DNA of 10,669 nt. Source: Candidatus Latescibacterota bacterium (GTDB lineage Bacteria > Latescibacterota > UBA2968 > GCA-2709665). Within the stretch, counting starts at the first letter, position 1; every line of letters starts with the position of its first letter. This document shows, one piece after another, positions 7,100-10,669 of the stretch. The stretch spans positions 1 to 10,669 of the forward strand of contig CAXXJS010000052.1 of the NCBI GenBank assembly GCA_963662665.2. The letters run 5' to 3'. A program made the position numbers and the translations under genes. Below the pieces are notes generated by a model. The model did not search any database and was not told the DNA's origin. It saw nothing but the letters and a program-made list of their open reading frames with translations.

Positions 7100-7894
7100 C
7101 TATCCATCCACCGCCTCTCTCACTCTCGATGCGATTTCGACGTAACGTCGGGAGATCGGGGAATCCGGGTCTGCGGCCGCAATCGGGGCGCCGGTATCTC
7201 CGCCCCGTCGAATGCGCACGTCCAGAGGGATTTCGCCCAGAAGCGGCACGTTATATTCGGCAGCCATTTCGCTGCCGCCGCCGTGCCCGAAGATGTCGGT
7301 CTGCGTATTGCAGTTGCCGCAGACGTAAACGCTCATATTTTCGACGATTCCAAGAACGGGCACGTCGACCGTTTTAAACATTTGAATGCCGCGACGCACG
7401 TCCTCGAGCGCCACGGATTGCGGTGTTGTGACAATGACGGCGCCGTCCAGGCGTGCGGACTGAATCAGGGTAAGCTGGACGTCGCCGGTTCCAGGCGGCA
7501 GATCGATAACCAGAAAGTCCAGAGGCGCCCAGGCAACGTCCCGCAGGAACTGGGTTACCATTTTGGCCAGCATGGGACCACGCCAGATGACCGGGGCGCC
7601 GGCTTCGGTAATGAAACCGAGCGAGATCATCTTGACATTGTGACGCTCAAGAGGCACAATCCCGCCGTTCGGACCCATGTCCGGTGTTTCGTTTACACCC
7701 ATCATGATAGGTACGTTTGGACCGTAGATGTCCGCATCCATAAGGCCCACCGCGGCGCCCTGCCGCGCGAGCGCAACGCAGAGATTGGCGGCGGTTGTGG
7801 ATTTTCCCACGCCTCCCTTGCCGCTTGCTACGGCGATCAGGCGCTTCACGCCGGGAATCGGCGCGGGCTGGGGCACGGTCGCATGCGCGTTCAA
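7100..7894 (-). CDS. mrp: Mrp/NBP35-family ATP-binding protein (ApbC-like Fe-S cluster carrier), 264 aa
   Basis: Deviant Walker A VASGKGGVGKSTT, DADIYGP, WRGPM, DLPPGTGD, and ENMS followed by CxxC (CGNC). Start reassigned to TTG 7894, with a strong GGAGGAGG RBS at 7902-7909. Confidence 0.96.
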   Translation of the reverse strand: MNAHATVPQPAPIPGVKRLIAVASGKGGVGKSTTAANLCVALARQGAAVGLMDADIYGPNVPIMMGVNETPDMGPNGGIVPLERHNVKMISLGFITEAGAPVIWRGPMLAKMVTQFLRDVAWAPLDFLVIDLPPGTGDVQLTLIQSARLDGAVIVTTPQSVALEDVRRGIQMFKTVDVPVLGIVENMSVYVCGNCNTQTDIFGHGGGSEMAAEYNVPLLGEIPLDVRIRRGGDTGAPIAAADPDSPISRRYVEIASRVREAVDG

Positions 7895-7931
7895 ATCATC
7901 GCCTCCTCCGTATGGTCCGCGAATGTTGCGT

Positions 7932-9065
7932 TCAGGCCGGCGTTTTCCGGGTGTTTCGAATACAGTCGGCCAGAATCGGGATGCCCTTACGGATATCGTC
8001 GTGTGTTGCAAAACCGAACGCGAGTCTGATATACGGTACGTCCATATTGTCCACGTGGAAGGCTTTTCCTGAAGCGTAGTCGACGCCCATTGATTCCGCG
8101 AGCTTCTCGCAGGCGACCGTGTCGGTGGCGTCGGGCAACCTGACCCAGATGAAGAGACCGCCCTTGGGCCGGCTGAACCACTCGAAGGCGTCGGGGAAAC
8201 GTGAGAGCGAGTCAAACATCAGATCGCGTTTTTCCCTTACGATCGCGTTGATTCTGTCCACGTGCGACCAGAGTTCCTCTCTGAAATATTCATATACGAT
8301 GGCTGCGCTGAGCGCGCTCGTGCCGCCGTCCCGCCGATACTGAAGAATCCGGTCGAGCAGATGTCGAGGCGCCGCCAGATAGCCCAGCCGGATTCCCGGC
8401 CCCAGGATTTTGGACAGGGATTCGATGTGGATCACCGGCGTATCGTGTTCGAGCGTCCACAGTGCGGGTTCGTGGTCGTCTTCGTAAACCGTGTCGGCGT
8501 AACAGTGGTCTTCAACCACCGGTATACCGAAACTGCCTGCAATAGCCAGCAGCTCCCGGCGCCGGTCGAGCGGCATGATCGAACCCGTCGGGTTCTGGTA
8601 GGTTGGCAGCGTGTAGATGAATTTCGGTTTTCTGTTCCCGGAAACCAGCGTGTCCAGCGTTCGTTCGAGGGCGTCCATCCGCATGCCGGATTCGTCCAAC
8701 GGAATGCCAACGAGTTCTGCCTTTTCCTTGCGATAGGCGCTAAGGGTGCCCGAGTACGAATATTCCTCGAGCACAATCACGTCGCCGGGCGACTCGACGA
8801 ATATCTGCGCCATCAGCGTAACCGCCTGCATCGAGCCCGTGGTCAGGACAATCTGTTCGACGGGCAGGGCAACGCCTTCACGGTGCGCGAACCTCCGGGA
8901 CATCAGTCTCCTGAGCGGTTCGTACCCCAGTGAACCGGGATAACACGCCAGTTCATCGCCCATCTCCGGCAGAATACGCATGGCGGCTTCCGCCAGGCCC
9001 CGGTTGGGAAAGGACGCAGGGTCGGGACGGCCGCTGCCAAAGGGAAATGTCTTCACGTTGGACAC
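7932..9065 (-). CDS. PLP-dependent aminotransferase, class I/II (LysN/ARO8/MocR-like catalytic domain, no HTH), 377 aa
   Basis: GTG start with AAGGA RBS. Motifs GRPDPASFP, LTTGSMQA, YTLPTYQNPTG, VVEDHCY (DxxY), SLSKILGPGIRLG (PLP-binding Lys), PKGGLFIW and IRLAF. Confidence 0.95.
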   Translation of the reverse strand: MSNVKTFPFGSGRPDPASFPNRGLAEAAMRILPEMGDELACYPGSLGYEPLRRLMSRRFAHREGVALPVEQIVLTTGSMQAVTLMAQIFVESPGDVIVLEEYSYSGTLSAYRKEKAELVGIPLDESGMRMDALERTLDTLVSGNRKPKFIYTLPTYQNPTGSIMPLDRRRELLAIAGSFGIPVVEDHCYADTVYEDDHEPALWTLEHDTPVIHIESLSKILGPGIRLGYLAAPRHLLDRILQYRRDGGTSALSAAIVYEYFREELWSHVDRINAIVREKRDLMFDSLSRFPDAFEWFSRPKGGLFIWVRLPDATDTVACEKLAESMGVDYASGKAFHVDNMDVPYIRLAFGFATHDDIRKGIPILADCIRNTRKTPA

Positions 9066-9175
9066 ATATCCTTATTTTTCAAGTATTTGCAATCGTTTTT
9101 CGTAAGCGGGACGGCCCTGTAATCCCGGACGCCGTCAGGCGCCTCCGGATCGCGCGAAGGGTGCGCCGGGAGGTG

Positions 9176-10669
9176 TCAGATTCCTTTTTCCTTGCCCCGG
9201 ATTCTGGGATCGAGCGATGCGAGAAGTTCGTCGTCCTCGGTGATTTCGATGGCCCTGACGTTTGCGGCCGCGCTGCCCTTGCCCAGCGTGTATTTGACTT
9301 CCGACCTCAGGTAGTCGGGTGCGATTTCACCGAACCCTTCTTCAAGTGTGACCCATTCGTTGCCTTCGGAGTGCACTCTTGGCGCGCTGACCGCCCAGTC
9401 GAGATCCTCGTCCAGGATCAGTCGCCGAGTCAGCACCTGAAACAGGGAAGACGGGATGCGGGTGCCGCCCGACGCGCCGATTGTCATCGTCGGTTCGCCG
9501 TCGCTGAGGATGAGCATGGGGCACATGTTGTTGACGGGCGACTTGCCCGCGTCAACCGAGTTGGGCAGGCCGGAACCGGGGTCGAAGCGGGACATGCCGG
9601 CATTCAGGATCAGTCCCATTCTGGGGACGGTGACAAATGAGCCGAAACCGGGTCCGTGGGTCAGGGTGAGTGAAGCCATATTGCGGTCGCGGTCTACGAC
9701 GGAGACGTGGGTCGTGCCGCCGTACGTAAGCGGGCGCAGCAGCGCCTGCCCTCGCGTGCCTTCCGATACGTGATCGGCGATTTCGCGCCCCGTTGCTCCA
9801 ATCTGAACGTCGGACGTAAGGGTTTCAAGCGGTACCTTGACAAATCCGGGGTCGCCGAAATGCCTGTAGCGGTCCAGCCACGCGGCACGGATGGTTTCAG
9901 TCATGCCGTGGGCGAGACGTGCGGCATCGCGGGCCCACAGGTCCAGTTCCGCCACTTCGGCGACGCGACACATCTGAAGGACGGTGAGGCCGCTCGAACA
10001 AAGGGGAGCGGTATATAGATCGTAACCAAGGCACGAAGCGTGGGCGGGCTCGACGTGGCGGGCCTGGAAGTCCGCGAAATCGTCTTCAGTCAGTATCCCG
10101 CCGTTTTCCTGGACGTATTTGACGATTCTTCCCGCGATCTTTCCCCGGTAGAACTCATCGACGCCTTTAGTGGCAACCTGTTCGAGGATGCGACCGAGAT
10201 TGGGGTTGGCTGCCCGGTCTCTGGTTGTTGGCGCCGAACCGTCGACCAGCAGAAGCCGTGCGGTGTCCGGAAACATGCCGATGCGTTTTTCGTTCGCTGT
10301 CACGGCGTCCGCGTACTCGGGCGACACCCGAAAGCCGTTCTTGCAAGCCCGAATGGCCGGAACAAGCGCCTGATCCAGTGGTATTTTTCCATATTTTTCG
10401 AGTGCCGCAGCCAGGCCGGCGAGAACGCCGGGAACCGAGACGGCGAGACAGCCGACCTCGTTGGCCCGACTCCTGACCAACGACCCGAAGCGTCCGTCGG
10501 AGCGGACTACCTGGAACATCCTGTTTGTGGCGGCCTTAGGCGCAACCGTGTTGAAGTCGATGCAGCCGATTTCGCCGTTCATACAGACCATGAGGGCGCC
10601 GCCGTATCCGCCGATTCCCGTGTGGTGCGGCGTGACCACGCAGGCGAGCAGGGCGGCGGTGACGGCAGC
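9176..10669 (-). CDS. Gamma-glutamyltransferase-family protein (Ntn-hydrolase), 5'-partial; substrate probably non-canonical
   Basis: The frame is open to the window edge (AAVTAALLACVVTPHHTGIGG). Motifs SVPGVLAGL, FYRGKIA, NGGILTEDDF, autoprocessing site G|TTHVSVVD (Thr codon 9713-9715), GASGGTRI, APRVH and DPR. Confidence 0.95.
   Translation of the reverse strand, partial: AAVTAALLACVVTPHHTGIGGYGGALMVCMNGEIGCIDFNTVAPKAATNRMFQVVRSDGRFGSLVRSRANEVGCLAVSVPGVLAGLAAALEKYGKIPLDQALVPAIRACKNGFRVSPEYADAVTANEKRIGMFPDTARLLLVDGSAPTTRDRAANPNLGRILEQVATKGVDEFYRGKIAGRIVKYVQENGGILTEDDFADFQARHVEPAHASCLGYDLYTAPLCSSGLTVLQMCRVAEVAELDLWARDAARLAHGMTETIRAAWLDRYRHFGDPGFVKVPLETLTSDVQIGATGREIADHVSEGTRGQALLRPLTYGGTTHVSVVDRDRNMASLTLTHGPGFGSFVTVPRMGLILNAGMSRFDPGSGLPNSVDAGKSPVNNMCPMLILSDGEPTMTIGASGGTRIPSSLFQVLTRRLILDEDLDWAVSAPRVHSEGNEWVTLEEGFGEIAPDYLRSEVKYTLGKGSAAANVRAIEITEDDELLASLDPRIRGKEKGI

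Noticed and set aside
6832-7107. 92-codon N-terminal extension of the adaptor ORF, starting at an ATG that overlaps the mrp stop
   Set aside because: It would bury the lipoprotein signal peptide. The sequence looks non-coding and contains the promoter-like motif and hairpins. ATG 6831 has its own RBS.
6947-8029. 360-aa plus-strand ORF
   Set aside because: Antisense shadow of mrp in GC-rich DNA, with no recognisable motifs.
7895-8215. 107-codon N-terminal extension of the Mrp ORF
   Set aside because: It overlaps the aminotransferase 3' end in another frame. TTG 7894 has a strong GGAGGAGG RBS, and family similarity begins just after it.
7932-9065. MocR/GabR-type transcription factor as regulator of the pump
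   Set aside because: No N-terminal GntR winged-HTH. At 377 aa it is the catalytic domain only.
8262-9640. Plus-strand ORFs of 223 aa and 236 aa, and the other short alternative-frame ORFs throughout the window
   Set aside because: They overlap well-supported minus-strand genes and lack motifs; expected from GC-rich codon bias.
1-10669. CRISPR array, tRNA/rRNA, IS element or defence system
   Set aside because: No regularly spaced direct repeats, cloverleaf, terminal inverted repeats with a transposase, or nuclease/RT motifs seen.

Overview
A GC-rich bacterial window in which all real genes lie on the minus strand. In transcription order they are: a gamma-glutamyltransferase-fold (Ntn-hydrolase) gene cut by the right edge, a stand-alone fold-type I PLP aminotransferase, an Mrp/ApbC Fe-S carrier ATPase, a lipoprotein RND periplasmic adaptor, an unusually long (1333 aa) AcrB-family RND permease, and a TolC-family outer-membrane channel. 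The TolC gene carries a single-base frameshift and runs off the left edge. I found no rRNA, tRNA, CRISPR array or transposase. Points worth follow-up: (1) the permease has a roughly 220-aa hydrophobic, apparently duplicated insert between TM6 and TM7, two periplasmic inserts and a non-canonical proton relay; (2) the GGT-like enzyme keeps its catalytic Thr but has replaced essentially all gamma-glutamyl-binding residues; (3) matching ECF-sigma-type promoters sit before the adaptor and before tolC; (4) the intergenic regions are highly structured, including a plus-strand hairpin series with GNRA tetraloops. All calls come from motif reading by eye, with no database searches. I cannot establish novelty from the sequence alone.
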